Source of the DNA: an uncultured Thermoplasmata archaeon
GTDB taxonomy: Archaea > Thermoplasmatota > Thermoplasmata > UBA10834
Direction: 5' to 3'
DNA length: 64,000 nt
NCBI GenBank assembly: GCA_963719945.1
Contig: CAVRDX010000001.1
Span: forward strand, 800,001-864,000
Shown here: positions 49,345 to 59,370 of the stretch, one piece after another
Position numbering within the stretch: the stretch's first letter is position 1
How the letters are laid out: the number at the start of each line of letters is the position of its first letter
Notes under the pieces: generated by a model
Seen by the model: the letters and a program-made list of their open reading frames with translations, nothing else
The model's database searches: none
What the model was told of the DNA's origin: nothing
Made by a program: the position numbers and the translations under genes

Positions 49345-50634
49345 CTGTCGACCCTGATCAAGAACGGAATCGTCGTGACCCAGAATGCGAGCAGGCAGAT
49401 ACTGAGAGGAGATGTTCTCATCGACGGGGACAGAATAGTCCAGGTGGGAAAGGTGGACCGAAAGGCAGATGACATCCTGGACGCCAGCGGATGCATCGTT
49501 ATGCCCGGGCTCATCAACTGTCATTCGCATGTCTCGATGGCGCTCATGCGCAGCGTAGCGGACGATGTGAAGCTAGAGGGGTTCCTTGCGCGCACATTCG
49601 CAGTAGACTCCAAACGCACGGCGGAAGACGTCGGCATCGGAGCGAGTCTGGGATGCCTCGAGATGGCGAGGACCGGCACCACGACTTTCCTGGACATATA
49701 CTATCACCAGGATGTAATTGCGAAGAGCGTCGAAGAGGTCGGGATAAGAGGATATCTGGGATGGGCTGTCCTGGACGAGCAGTTCACCACGCAGGATGGT
49801 GTGCCGGTCGAGAACTGCGAGAAGTTCATACGAGGCCATGAGGGAAGGAAGCTCATCACCCCAGTGGTAGCGCCTCAGGGCGTCTATGTCTGCTCAGACG
49901 AGACGCTAATGAAATCAAAGGAGCTCGCAGCCAGGACCAAGACCTTCTGTCACTTTCACTTGTCCGAGACGAGGTACGAGGTGTACGAGTATCAGAAGGT
50001 CAAGGGGAAGAGACCATGCGATCATCTCGCAGACATGGGCTTCTTCTCGAAGGGGGATGTCGCCGCCCACGGAGTCTGGCTCACGATCAACGAGATAAGG
50101 AAGCTGGCCAAGGCCGGAGTGGCAGTCGCCCATTGCCCCACATCCAACATGAAGCTCGCGAGCGGGGGAGTCGCACCCCTTCCAGAGATGTTCGAGAACG
50201 GCGTCACCGTCGCCTTGGGCACGGACGGATGCTCGTCAAACAACGGGCTCGACATGTTCCTGGAGATGAAGTTCGCATCCCTCATGCACAAGGCGCACAA
50301 ATGGGATGCGTCCGTGCTGCCTGCTCAGAAGGTCCTCGATCTCTCGACCATAGACGCGGCCAAGGCATTGGGCGCGGAGAAGGATCTTGGCTCGATCGAA
50401 CCTGGAAAGAAGGCGGACATCGTCATAATCGACTGCGACACTCCAGGCATGACGCCCACCACTCTAGACAACGCTGTCGCGAACCTCGCCTACGCATCTG
50501 CCGGCTCGGCGGTCAGGGATACGATAGTAGATGGAAGATTTGTGGTGCTCAACCATGAGGTCGTGACGGTCGACGAGAAGAAGGTGCTTCAGAGCGCCCG
50601 AGAGGCGGCAGAGGACCTGCTCTCAAAGTGTTGA
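49345..50634 (+). CDS. Amidohydrolase, MTA/SAH deaminase-like
   Basis: MPGLINCHSH, HLSET, AHGVWL, HCPTSNMKLASG, LGTDG, GSIEPGKKAD; probable CTG start at 49345. Confidence 0.88.
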   Translation: MSTLIKNGIVVTQNASRQILRGDVLIDGDRIVQVGKVDRKADDILDASGCIVMPGLINCHSHVSMALMRSVADDVKLEGFLARTFAVDSKRTAEDVGIGASLGCLEMARTGTTTFLDIYYHQDVIAKSVEEVGIRGYLGWAVLDEQFTTQDGVPVENCEKFIRGHEGRKLITPVVAPQGVYVCSDETLMKSKELAARTKTFCHFHLSETRYEVYEYQKVKGKRPCDHLADMGFFSKGDVAAHGVWLTINEIRKLAKAGVAVAHCPTSNMKLASGGVAPLPEMFENGVTVALGTDGCSSNNGLDMFLEMKFASLMHKAHKWDASVLPAQKVLDLSTIDAAKALGAEKDLGSIEPGKKADIVIIDCDTPGMTPTTLDNAVANLAYASAGSAVRDTIVDGRFVVLNHEVVTVDEKKVLQSAREAAEDLLSKC

Positions 50635-50690
50635 AATGGATAGAAAGCAAGGGGTTTAGCGGAAAGGGTTTGACTCCTCACCAAGAAGAC

Positions 50691-51812
50691 CTATTCGTCG
50701 TCAACCGCCTTCTGGCCGACCCTTGCCATCTTGTCCTTCTTGGCGATATCAGCGATCTTCTCGGCATCGATCTTCTCCTGGATCAGAACATCCTCGATGG
50801 CTTTCATGTCCCTTCGGAGTTCCTCCGGCTTCGGGATAGGACCGAGGACGTCGTCGGCCTTGCCTACCGATCGCTCAATGTCTGCGATGTTCGAGACCTC
50901 ACGCTGCGGGGTGAGACGACCTACGCCCAGGTACTCGGAAACACCATCCATAAGTCTCGTCATCTCGAACGGGAAGATGATCTTGGTCGCCTGTCCGTTG
51001 CTCAGATGCTTGAGGGCCTCAAGGGACAGCACGGTCAATGCTTTCGAGTCGAGCGGGGCTGCACCGACGGATATCACCCTCAGTTTCTGGGCCTCACCCT
51101 GAGCCTCCAGTATTATCGCTAGCCTGGCGCCTTCGGCCTCGAGTATCCTCGACTGCCTCAGGCCTTCGGCCTGCAATATGCGGGATTGCTTGTCACCCTC
51201 GGCGTTGAGGATAGAGGCGCGCTTCTGGCCGTCCGCCTTCAGGATCGCCGCCCGCCTCAACCTCTCCGCGGATGTCTGCTCCTCCATCGCATCCTTGACC
51301 TTGCCTGCGGGGTCGACCTCTCTGATCTCAACCGCCTCGACCTTCACGCCCCACTTATCAGTGGCCTCGTCCAGAACGTCCCTCAGGTGAGTATTGATCC
51401 TCTCCCTGTTGGAGAGTATCTCATCCAGCTCCATGTCACCGATGACGGATCTAAGGGTTGTCTGCGCGAGGTAGATGGTCGCTGTGCGATAGTTAGTGAC
51501 CTCGAAGAACGCCTTCTTCGGGTCGATGACCTTGATGTAGATGATTGCATCGACGTTCGTAGGCGAGTTGTCCTTTGTTATGACCTCCTGCCTCGGGACG
51601 TCGAGCACCTGGGTCCTCAGGTCGATCTTGATGACCTCGTTTATCAACGGACGGACCCAATTGAAACCCTGGTCCAGTATCTTCATGTACCTACCCAGGC
51701 TCATGTAGATACCCTGCTCGTACGGTCTGATGATCTTGATCCCGTTCGTCAATATGACCAGGGCTACGATGACCATCAGTATGACGAATGCTATGATTGT
51801 CCCTACTGCCAT
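50691..51812 (-). CDS. SPFH/band 7 (stomatin-like) protein
   Basis: DLRTQVLDVPRQEVITKDN, AQTTLRSVIGDMELD, WGVKV, AER.RRA.IL.A.G repeats. Confidence 0.93.
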   Translation of the reverse strand: MAVGTIIAFVILMVIVALVILTNGIKIIRPYEQGIYMSLGRYMKILDQGFNWVRPLINEVIKIDLRTQVLDVPRQEVITKDNSPTNVDAIIYIKVIDPKKAFFEVTNYRTATIYLAQTTLRSVIGDMELDEILSNRERINTHLRDVLDEATDKWGVKVEAVEIREVDPAGKVKDAMEEQTSAERLRRAAILKADGQKRASILNAEGDKQSRILQAEGLRQSRILEAEGARLAIILEAQGEAQKLRVISVGAAPLDSKALTVLSLEALKHLSNGQATKIIFPFEMTRLMDGVSEYLGVGRLTPQREVSNIADIERSVGKADDVLGPIPKPEELRRDMKAIEDVLIQEKIDAEKIADIAKKDKMARVGQKAVDDE

Positions 51813-51854
51813 TCCAAATCCTCCTCCAATATCGATATTACATATTCAGAAGGC

Positions 51855-52325
51855 TCACTTAGCCTTCTCGACTACCTCGGGCAGCTCCTCCACTACCACA
51901 TGGACGCCCATGCTGTCCCGAACGATGACCTTCTTCCCAACAGGGATGACCTTCGGCGACGTGGCGCTCCAAGTGTCGTTGGCCACGCGCACCTTGCCCT
52001 TCAACGAATCCGGAAGCACCTCCCTCTCAACGATGCCCACCTTACCGATCAGCGATGTCGCGACGGTGGTCTCAGGGGGTCCGGGTGGGGCCAGGTTCTG
52101 GTAGAGCTTGATCGTGACCAGTGTCATCGGCACCAACACCACGAGTGCCAGGACCGGTGCGTACCAGGTGACCAGCCAATCGGGATACAGCAATCCCACG
52201 CCACCTAGGACGACGAGTACCGTCGCCGGCACGATTATGAATGACCCTGGCGACATTGCCTCTGCCAAGAGCATGAAGATTCCCACGACGAGAATTACCA
52301 GAGCCAATTCGAATTCGATGGCCAT
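51855..52325 (-). CDS. NfeD family protein (partner of the SPFH gene)
   Basis: 3 TM N-terminus; LIGKVG.V, GKVRV..DTWSA OB-fold; directly upstream of SPFH. Confidence 0.88.
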   Translation of the reverse strand: MAIEFELALVILVVGIFMLLAEAMSPGSFIIVPATVLVVLGGVGLLYPDWLVTWYAPVLALVVLVPMTLVTIKLYQNLAPPGPPETTVATSLIGKVGIVEREVLPDSLKGKVRVANDTWSATSPKVIPVGKKVIVRDSMGVHVVVEELPEVVEKAK

Positions 52326-52422
52326 ATTCAACAACACTTCATTGTGCCTATATATTGTTTATGTAGGAAAACCAGAACGGCACTTCCGCTGAGATCAAAC
52401 GATTTCGAGAGGGTTCACACCA

Positions 52423-52800
52423 TCACCTAAGTCTCATCCTGGCGACATGGTAGCACCAGAGGCCGTGTCTCCTAAGCGCGTCATTAGTGTTCTCGGGTGT
52501 GACTCTCTGAGGCTCCGTCCTGTATTTCAGGACGTCCTCGATGGGATAGCCGATGTAATCCGAGAGCTTCAGAAGGCGCTCGTAAGGGAACGGCTGCTCA
52601 CCCACGAGTATCTGGCGCACGCTCCAGCCGGGGTGTATCCTCGAGCGGTACCCCATCTCTCTGGCGAGTCGGTTGATGCTTCCAGCCTTCTCGATCCCAG
52701 TCTTGATTAAAAACACTCGGAACGACGATGCTATCCAAACGCGCGCATCGTTGGCCTGAGCCCTAATGTGTCTACCGCCATATACGTCCGCGGGACCCAT
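52423..52800 (-). CDS. Hypothetical protein with XRE-like helix-turn-helix
   Basis: AGSINRLAREMGY...VRQIL.GE...ERLLKLSDYIGYPIEDVL pattern. Confidence 0.6.
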   Translation of the reverse strand: MGPADVYGGRHIRAQANDARVWIASSFRVFLIKTGIEKAGSINRLAREMGYRSRIHPGWSVRQILVGEQPFPYERLLKLSDYIGYPIEDVLKYRTEPQRVTPENTNDALRRHGLWCYHVARMRLR

Positions 52801-52958
52801 GTGAGGGCACTATTGCAATCATTCATTATATATCTCTGCCTGAGATGTACATCACACTCGCGGTACGTACCAATTTATTTGGTCGTTAATCTAGTACAGT
52901 TATCAAACTATGCATCATTTATCAGTATTGGCACCGTTATAGTTGATGAGGAAAGACC

Positions 52959-53381
52959 ATGACTGTTTTTTCGGACAGGATCAAGCTGCAGACCAAGGCT
53001 CGCGACGACATCGTCGACATCACGGGTAGCGTGCAGGAGATCGTTACGGAGTCCAAGGTATCGGATGGCTTGGTGTGCGTGTTCGTCGCAGGCTCCACCG
53101 CCGCCATAACCACGATAGAATATGAGCCTGGATTGGTCATGGACATCCATAAGGCGATGGACAGGCTGTACCCCAAGGACGAGGAATACGAGCATCACAA
53201 CCGATGGGGTGACGGCAACGGACATTCGCACGTTAGGGCGTCATTCATGGGACCGTCGTTGACGGTCCCAGTCGAGGACGGGAAGCTCATACTCGGGACC
53301 TGGCAGCAGATCGTTTTCCTTGAGCTGGATGTGAGGGCCAGAACAAGGGAGATCGTCGTCAAGGTTCTAGGAGAACCTTGA
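52959..53381 (+). CDS. YjbQ/UPF0047 (secondary thiamine-phosphate synthase) family protein
   Basis: DIT..V, GSTAA, NGHSH.RAS.MGPS, LGTWQQI. Confidence 0.92.
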   Translation: MTVFSDRIKLQTKARDDIVDITGSVQEIVTESKVSDGLVCVFVAGSTAAITTIEYEPGLVMDIHKAMDRLYPKDEEYEHHNRWGDGNGHSHVRASFMGPSLTVPVEDGKLILGTWQQIVFLELDVRARTREIVVKVLGEP

Positions 53382-53439
53382 AGTCGACCATTTCGACATG
53401 GGCGCAAGCATATTATAGATGAGACCGTTGGCCTGCACT

Positions 53440-54675
53440 ATGCCGATCGAGTGTGAATTCCTGGGCGGTGGCGATGAGGTCGGAAGGCTCGGGATATATC
53501 TGAAGAAGGAAGGAGCGCGCATGCTCTTCGACTACGGCATGACGGCGGCGGACCCGCCGAAATACCCGAAGCCTGCGCCACCGATCGACCGTGTATTCCT
53601 GACACACTCGCATCTGGACCATTGCGGTATGATACCGTGGCTGACAGCACGATACGACATCGACATAACTGCCACCAGGGCGTCCAAGATGGTCGGTCAG
53701 CTCCTTATGGAGGACAGTATCAAGGTCGCTGCTTCCGAAGGGTACCCGGAGATGTACGGGAAGGGCGAGGTCAGGATCGCATCTAGGAGATTCAACGACA
53801 TCACTTTCGGAGAGGAGGTGGTCGTCGGTTCCACTCATATCACCGCGCACACGGCCGGACACATCCCGGGTGCGACCATGTACGAGATAAGCGGCAAGAG
53901 GACCACGCTCGTGACAGGTGACCTCCACACGATCGACACCCGCCTGGTGGGCGGAGCGAAACCCGTCAAATGCGACAACCTCATCATGGAATCCACCTAC
54001 TCGGGCAGGAACCATCCGAACAGGAACAAGACGGAGTACGAGTTCATCAAGAAAGTCCACGAGGTCGTAGACCGGGGAGGGAAGGCGATCGTGCCTTCGT
54101 TCGCGGTCGGCAGGACCCAGGAGATACTATTGCTCCTGAAGGACAGCAAGCTCGAATACTGGCTCGACGGCATGGGCAAGTCCGTGAACAGTATCTACCT
54201 CGACAACCCCGAATATGTGAAGTCGGTCAAGAGGCTGAGACAGGCGATCACGAGGACCAACGAGGTCAGGAACTACAAGGCCCGCGAGCGGGCGCACAAG
54301 GGCCAGGTGATCGTGACCACGAGCGGGATGCTAGACGGAGGGCCTGTGCTCGGGTACGTCGAAGGGGTCAGGAGCGATCCGAAGAGCGCCATATTGCTCA
54401 CTGGCTATCAGGTCGATGGCAGCAACGGCAGACAGCTGCTGGATACGGGCACGATGGAGTTCCAGGGAGTCACTGAGAAGGTGGCGTGCGAGGTCGTCAA
54501 ATTCGATTTCTCTGCCCATGCGGGACACGACGACCTGTTCAAGTTCGCCAAGGAGTGTTCCCCGGAGAAGATAGTCCTGTGCCACGGGGACAACAGGGAA
54601 CCGCTCGCTGAGGACCTCACCAAGGAAGGGTTCGAGGTACTTCTCCCGAAGGACGGCGAGAAGTTCAAGCTCTGA
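53440..54675 (+). CDS. Beta-CASP metallo-beta-lactamase ribonuclease (aCPSF2-like)
   Basis: GGGDEVGR, THSHLDHCG, AGHIPG, MESTY, FAVGRTQE, TSGMLDGGP, FSAHAG, HGD. Confidence 0.88.
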   Translation: MPIECEFLGGGDEVGRLGIYLKKEGARMLFDYGMTAADPPKYPKPAPPIDRVFLTHSHLDHCGMIPWLTARYDIDITATRASKMVGQLLMEDSIKVAASEGYPEMYGKGEVRIASRRFNDITFGEEVVVGSTHITAHTAGHIPGATMYEISGKRTTLVTGDLHTIDTRLVGGAKPVKCDNLIMESTYSGRNHPNRNKTEYEFIKKVHEVVDRGGKAIVPSFAVGRTQEILLLLKDSKLEYWLDGMGKSVNSIYLDNPEYVKSVKRLRQAITRTNEVRNYKARERAHKGQVIVTTSGMLDGGPVLGYVEGVRSDPKSAILLTGYQVDGSNGRQLLDTGTMEFQGVTEKVACEVVKFDFSAHAGHDDLFKFAKECSPEKIVLCHGDNREPLAEDLTKEGFEVLLPKDGEKFKL

Positions 54676-54724
54676 ACCTATGGATGAAAGGATTATTAGG
54701 GGTCATATCTCTACGACAGAATGC

Positions 54725-55549
54725 ATGAGGTCCAAGATCCACGAATACCTGCGAGAGGACATCGGGTCAGGTGACATCACATCCGAGCTCCTCATACCCC
54801 CGGATCAGAAGGCTCGGGGTAGGATAATCGCGAAGGAGCGGTGCATCCTTGCCGGAGCCGCAGAGGCGTCCGAGGTGTTCAAGGAGCTGGGCGCTAAAGC
54901 AGTGATGCGCAGGAGCGACGGCGCCCCGGTCAAGAAAGGGGATTTCGTGCTGAGCGTGTCTGGGCCTGCGAGGTCCATACTCGCGGGCGAGAGGTTGGCA
55001 CTGAACTTCCTGATGAGGATGAGCGGCATAGCCACAGTCACGAATGAGTTGCTGGAGAAATGCCGTGCCAAGAACCCGCACATCAGGATAGCCGCGACGA
55101 GGAAGACCACGCCTGGGTTCAGGGAGTTCGAGAAGAAAGCAGTGGTCCTCGGAGGCGGCGACCCGCACAGGTTCGGGCTGAGCGATGCGATCCTGATCAA
55201 GGACAACCACATCATGCTGGCAGGTAGTGTCAAGGAAGCGCTCAGGAGAGCCAGGAAATCGAGCTTCACGAAGAAGATCGAGATTGAGGTCGAGAACGAG
55301 AAGGATGCGTTCACTGCGCTGGATGCAGGAGCGGATATCATAATGTTCGACAACTTCTCACCTTCCGATGCGAGAGCCCTGTACATGGTGTTGAAGGACA
55401 AGTGCCCCGACATAATCATCGAGGCTTCGGGAGGCATGAAGCCAGACAACATAGCGCTCTACGCGGACGCCGCGGACATCATATCCGTTGGCTGGTTGAC
55501 CCACTCCGTCAGATCCATAGACTTCTCGATGTCCGTCGAGAAGGTATAG
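54725..55549 (+). CDS. nadC: Nicotinate-nucleotide diphosphorylase (carboxylating)
   Basis: EDIGSGDITS, ERLALN, MSGIAT, TRKTTPG, LIKDNH, EIEVE, IMFDN, EASGG. Confidence 0.96.
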   Translation: MRSKIHEYLREDIGSGDITSELLIPPDQKARGRIIAKERCILAGAAEASEVFKELGAKAVMRRSDGAPVKKGDFVLSVSGPARSILAGERLALNFLMRMSGIATVTNELLEKCRAKNPHIRIAATRKTTPGFREFEKKAVVLGGGDPHRFGLSDAILIKDNHIMLAGSVKEALRRARKSSFTKKIEIEVENEKDAFTALDAGADIIMFDNFSPSDARALYMVLKDKCPDIIIEASGGMKPDNIALYADAADIISVGWLTHSVRSIDFSMSVEKV

Positions 55550-55598
55550 CACAGAGCACAGGTTTTTCTAGACGCCGATTGCTCCATGTAGTGTTAGC

Positions 55599-56297
55599 AT
55601 GGATGCGAAACAGGCATGGGGAGCGTTCTCCCTGATACTCGTCCTAGCGGTGGTCACTGTCGCAGCCATGCTCATCAGCACAGGACGCAACTCATATCAG
55701 ATATCCGCGTTCGCAGCCATCGTGTTGATGGTATACCTCTACATATTGTACAAGAGGTACCACATCGAGGTCGTGACCGAGGGTGATGTCCTCCTGTTCA
55801 ACGATGAGGACGACCTGAAGATCCTGTGCGAGATATACGGACTAGGTGATTCCGGCAGAGCATACATAAACAGACAAAGGCTGCGCAATTTCGCGAGGGA
55901 GAACAAGGACACGGACTTCGTCTGGATAGCTCCCGGGTTCGTACATTCATTCAGCTCGGCGCTGGAGGTCGAGTTGCCCGCAGAAGAGGCGAAGGAACTC
56001 AGCGTGCCCGATCTGATCAAGCGGCTGGTGTCGGATGCGCCATCCAAGGACAGGCTCACGAGTCCCCTCACATGGGGTGTATCCAGGGATTCCAAGAGAC
56101 TGTCGACCATTGATTCCTGTCCGGTCTGCGAGGCCGATGTGAAAGGATCGACCGGAGTATGCAAGGAATGCGGCGCAGACCTCGAATTCTATTCGGTCCT
56201 GGCGGAGTCGAAGCTGGGCAGAAGGCTCCTGTCGGCGAAGGCAGTGGCGGGCAAGAGGAAGCTTAGATATTCGGTCGCCATGATACCGGACAAGTGA
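55599..56297 (+). CDS. Hypothetical protein, 2 N-terminal TM plus C-terminal Zn ribbon
   Basis: Two hydrophobic helices; CPVC...CKECG. Confidence 0.7.
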   Translation: MDAKQAWGAFSLILVLAVVTVAAMLISTGRNSYQISAFAAIVLMVYLYILYKRYHIEVVTEGDVLLFNDEDDLKILCEIYGLGDSGRAYINRQRLRNFARENKDTDFVWIAPGFVHSFSSALEVELPAEEAKELSVPDLIKRLVSDAPSKDRLTSPLTWGVSRDSKRLSTIDSCPVCEADVKGSTGVCKECGADLEFYSVLAESKLGRRLLSAKAVAGKRKLRYSVAMIPDK

Positions 56298-56309
56298 GGA
56301 GGCAGGCAG

Positions 56310-56483
56310 TTGATCAAGGACGAGACTTGTCAGATATGCGGGAAGCCAGCAAAGAGATTCCTGTTCGCAGCCTTCGTTTGCGATGACGAGAAATGCATCG
56401 AGAAGGCTCGCATTGATAGAGGAGGACCAGGCGGCCATAAGAAGCAGGATTTCCTGAAATTCTCGCGAGACGATAAGTGCTGA
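56310..56483 (+). CDS. 57-aa zinc-finger microprotein (not in ORF track)
   Basis: MIKDETCQICGKPAKRFLFAAFVCDDEKCIEKARIDRGGPGGHKKQDFLKFSRDDKC; GAGGAGG SD upstream of TTG. Confidence 0.75.
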   Translation: MIKDETCQICGKPAKRFLFAAFVCDDEKCIEKARIDRGGPGGHKKQDFLKFSRDDKC

Positions 56484-56529
56484 CTGCGCCTGGAGAAGTA
56501 TTATACGACTATCATCATTCCCTGGACCC

Positions 56530-57687
56530 ATGAAGGGAAGTGCATTTGCGGGTCTCATGTTGATCGAGACCATGCTCGCATTCGGCAACACGTTTGCCGC
56601 ATCCTTCAGCATGATCTACCTCTACAACGAGCTCGATATGCCCTTGTGGTCTGGGCCGATCTACATCTGCCTGGGCTTCGCGATATCCGCAGTCATCAGC
56701 CTCTGGATGTCGCGTAGGCCGAGGATGGATCCGAGGAACGCCATAATATTCGCGCTCGCTTGGCTGATAATAGAATACTCGCTCTTCCTAGTGGTCCATA
56801 ACGGCTGGATGATCGGCCTGCTCGTGGGCATAGCCTTCGGGATATACTATCCGTTCTTCTGGACGCCCATCAACATGCTGATGGCGCAGATGACCGAGAA
56901 GAACGACCGAGGGGTGAAGTACGGCGCGTTCTTCTTCGTCTGGCCCCTGGCAGGATTCATAGCTCCACTCCTTGGCGGCATCGTGATCAGCTTATGGAAC
57001 TACAGGATCCTGTACCTGGTCGGAATCGCGATCATATCGTTGACGGCACTGCTCGTGGTCGCGTATAGGAACCATATACCAAAGGACCAGGTCATGAAGA
57101 TACGAATGGAGGCTGTCGGGCGCAGGAATGTCATCGCACTCATCGGCGAGGGGGGGTTCGAAGGGATATTCTGGATAGATGTCACGCTCGTAGCCTACAT
57201 GTTCTCCCAGGACGAGGTCTCGCTTGGAGCGCTGTTCTCCCTATTCGGGCTCTGCGCAGGCATAATGGGAATCATCCAAGGGAAGGTGTCTGATAAGATC
57301 CAGAACAGGTCATTCTTCCTGAAGCTGAGCGTGATCGGTTCGATCCCGTGCATCTTATTGATAGCGTTGGTGACCAACATGGACGAGTTCATCCTGGCAA
57401 ACGGACTCCTCGAGTTCGCATGCTTCGTCCTCCCGGTCTTCATGTTCGCGATACTGACGGACACCATGGAAGATAAGAAGAACGATTCAGTCATCACCAG
57501 GGAATACATACTCGACATCGCAAGGGCAGGGGCCATAGGACTCCTGATGCTGGTGATCTACCTTGGAGTCTCACCGCAGGAGGCATTCCTTCTCGCCATA
57601 CCGTTCCTGATACTCATGCTTCTCGCGAAGGAGAAGAAGAAACATGAAGAGACGGCTCATGAGAGTATCATCGACAAGAACCAGTAG
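56530..57687 (+). CDS. MFS-like transporter
   Basis: About 12 hydrophobic segments; GKVSDK loop motif. Confidence 0.8.
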   Translation: MKGSAFAGLMLIETMLAFGNTFAASFSMIYLYNELDMPLWSGPIYICLGFAISAVISLWMSRRPRMDPRNAIIFALAWLIIEYSLFLVVHNGWMIGLLVGIAFGIYYPFFWTPINMLMAQMTEKNDRGVKYGAFFFVWPLAGFIAPLLGGIVISLWNYRILYLVGIAIISLTALLVVAYRNHIPKDQVMKIRMEAVGRRNVIALIGEGGFEGIFWIDVTLVAYMFSQDEVSLGALFSLFGLCAGIMGIIQGKVSDKIQNRSFFLKLSVIGSIPCILLIALVTNMDEFILANGLLEFACFVLPVFMFAILTDTMEDKKNDSVITREYILDIARAGAIGLLMLVIYLGVSPQEAFLLAIPFLILMLLAKEKKKHEETAHESIIDKNQ

Positions 57688-58142
57688 CCCAAGACGACGA
57701 ATATTCCGGTGACGATTATTCCGACAGCCGCTGCCCACTTGCCGAAATCGTCTCTGATGAGGTCGTCACCCGCGAGCATGAACATCGGACTCAGTATTAT
57801 GTCTGGACGGTCGAGCGTTGTGAGCATACGTGGGTCCGATCCATAGGTCTTAACATACCTCTTCTTGAAGCCCACGAACCGGTAGTACATGCCCCACGAG
57901 AACGCGATGAAACCCAGCAGTACGAACACCACGGACATCGTCTCGCTGTCCAGTATCATCGCGATTATCGACAGGAAGAAGCCGACGAAGAGCGCAGCGA
58001 TGCCTAGAGCGAAGGCGACTATGCCTATCGCCCTGTTCTGCATGAGAAGGAAGTGCCGTGGGTCCACTGGCCTCTGGTTTCTGGAACGGTTGATGGCCCG
58101 ATCGGACGGGCGATCCCCTGGTGGTGGCGATGTCTCGGTCAT
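57657..58142 (-). CDS. Hypothetical membrane protein (about 3 TM)
   Basis: Hydrophobic segments; starts 7 nt downstream of the HdrD-like gene. Confidence 0.65.
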   Translation of the reverse strand: MTETSPPPGDRPSDRAINRSRNQRPVDPRHFLLMQNRAIGIVAFALGIAALFVGFFLSIIAMILDSETMSVVFVLLGFIAFSWGMYYRFVGFKKRYVKTYGSDPRMLTTLDRPDIILSPMFMLAGDDLIRDDFGKWAAAVGIIVTGIFVVLGYWFLSMILS

Positions 58143-58149
58143 GAACTCA

Positions 58150-59370
58150 TCAATCCTTGCAGGCCGATGCGACCAGCTCCATGAGATCGGTCATCTTGAG
58201 CCTGGAACCTCTTGCGTCAATCGAGGTCTTCAGGCTCTGATAACAGAACGGGCAAGAAGTGGTCAGAATATCCGCACCAGACGCCTCGGCATCGTCTGTG
58301 CGCAGGTCAGATATCTTCTGCGCGAGGTCTGGAAATGCGGTCTTGACGCCGCCACCGGCTCCGCAGCATCTCGACTCCGATCTGTTCCGCTCCATCTCGA
58401 CGAGCTCGAGCCCGGGCACATATCTCAGGATCCTCCTCGGCTCCTCGTACAATCCGTTGTGTCGGCCGAGGTGACATGGATCGTGGAATGTCACCTTCTG
58501 ATCGATCCTCTTGTCGAGCACCAGCTTTCCGGAATCGAGCAGCTCGTTCACCATCTCGGTTATGTGCATCACCTTCGGCTGCACCTTGCCGATCTTCGGA
58601 TAATCCTGACGGATAGTCTTGTAGCACCCAGCACAACTCGTGACGATGATGCTCGGAGAGGCCCTCTCGAACATCTCGATGTTCTTCTCGGCCATCTTGC
58701 GCGCATTGTCGATCAAACCTGTCCTCAGAAGAGTGGAGCCGCAGCATCCTTCCTCGTTTCCGAGGGTCCCGAAATCAACCTTCGCCTTGGAGAGTATGCG
58801 CGCCGTGTTGAGAGCCATCTCCTTGATGTTGGGATCATAGGCTGCCGTGCACCCAACGAAGTAGAGCACCTCGCACTTCTCCTTCAATACATCCTTGACC
58901 TTGATATCCTTCTCGAGTCGACGAGCCCACCGGGAACGCTGAGTCCTGGGCTGCATCCACGGATTATCGTAGTTCTCGATGCTCTTAATCAACTGGTCAT
59001 GCTCGGGCATAGGTCCGAGACCGTTATGGACCAAGAACTCCCGCATGTTCTCCCACATCTCGATAGTATCCAGATGCGCCGGACACACCGTCTTGCACTG
59101 CCCGCAAATCGTGCACTCATATGCTCGCTTGGATAATTCGGCCAATTGATCCTGAGGTATCTCCTTCGGACCGAACAACTTGGCCTTCAGCCCGTACTGC
59201 GCTTTGTAGAACTCCCTGAGCCTCAGTATCTTGCCCCTCGGCGTGACGAACTCGTCCTCCTGCGCTTCACCGCCCGTGGGGCATGTGGTCGTGCACTCGC
59301 CGCACCGAGTGCACGCATCGTACCTGATGAGCGAGAGCACATCCAGCTTGGATATGTCCAGCTCCTTCAT
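58150..59370 (-). CDS. HdrD-like Fe-S oxidoreductase (2x[4Fe-4S] plus two CCG domains)
   Basis: CTRCGECTTTCP, CTICGQC..VCP, GCCG, TSCAGC, HDPCHLGR, CCGAGGG, TSCPFC; ATGA overlap with upstream gene. Confidence 0.9.
   Translation of the reverse strand: MKELDISKLDVLSLIRYDACTRCGECTTTCPTGGEAQEDEFVTPRGKILRLREFYKAQYGLKAKLFGPKEIPQDQLAELSKRAYECTICGQCKTVCPAHLDTIEMWENMREFLVHNGLGPMPEHDQLIKSIENYDNPWMQPRTQRSRWARRLEKDIKVKDVLKEKCEVLYFVGCTAAYDPNIKEMALNTARILSKAKVDFGTLGNEEGCCGSTLLRTGLIDNARKMAEKNIEMFERASPSIIVTSCAGCYKTIRQDYPKIGKVQPKVMHITEMVNELLDSGKLVLDKRIDQKVTFHDPCHLGRHNGLYEEPRRILRYVPGLELVEMERNRSESRCCGAGGGVKTAFPDLAQKISDLRTDDAEASGADILTTSCPFCYQSLKTSIDARGSRLKMTDLMELVASACKD

Noticed and set aside
51186-52208. 340-aa plus-strand ORF
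   Set aside because: Antisense shadow of the SPFH and NfeD genes.
57889-59136. 415-aa plus-strand ORF
   Set aside because: Antisense shadow of the HdrD-like gene with no motifs; expected from codon bias in GC-rich DNA.
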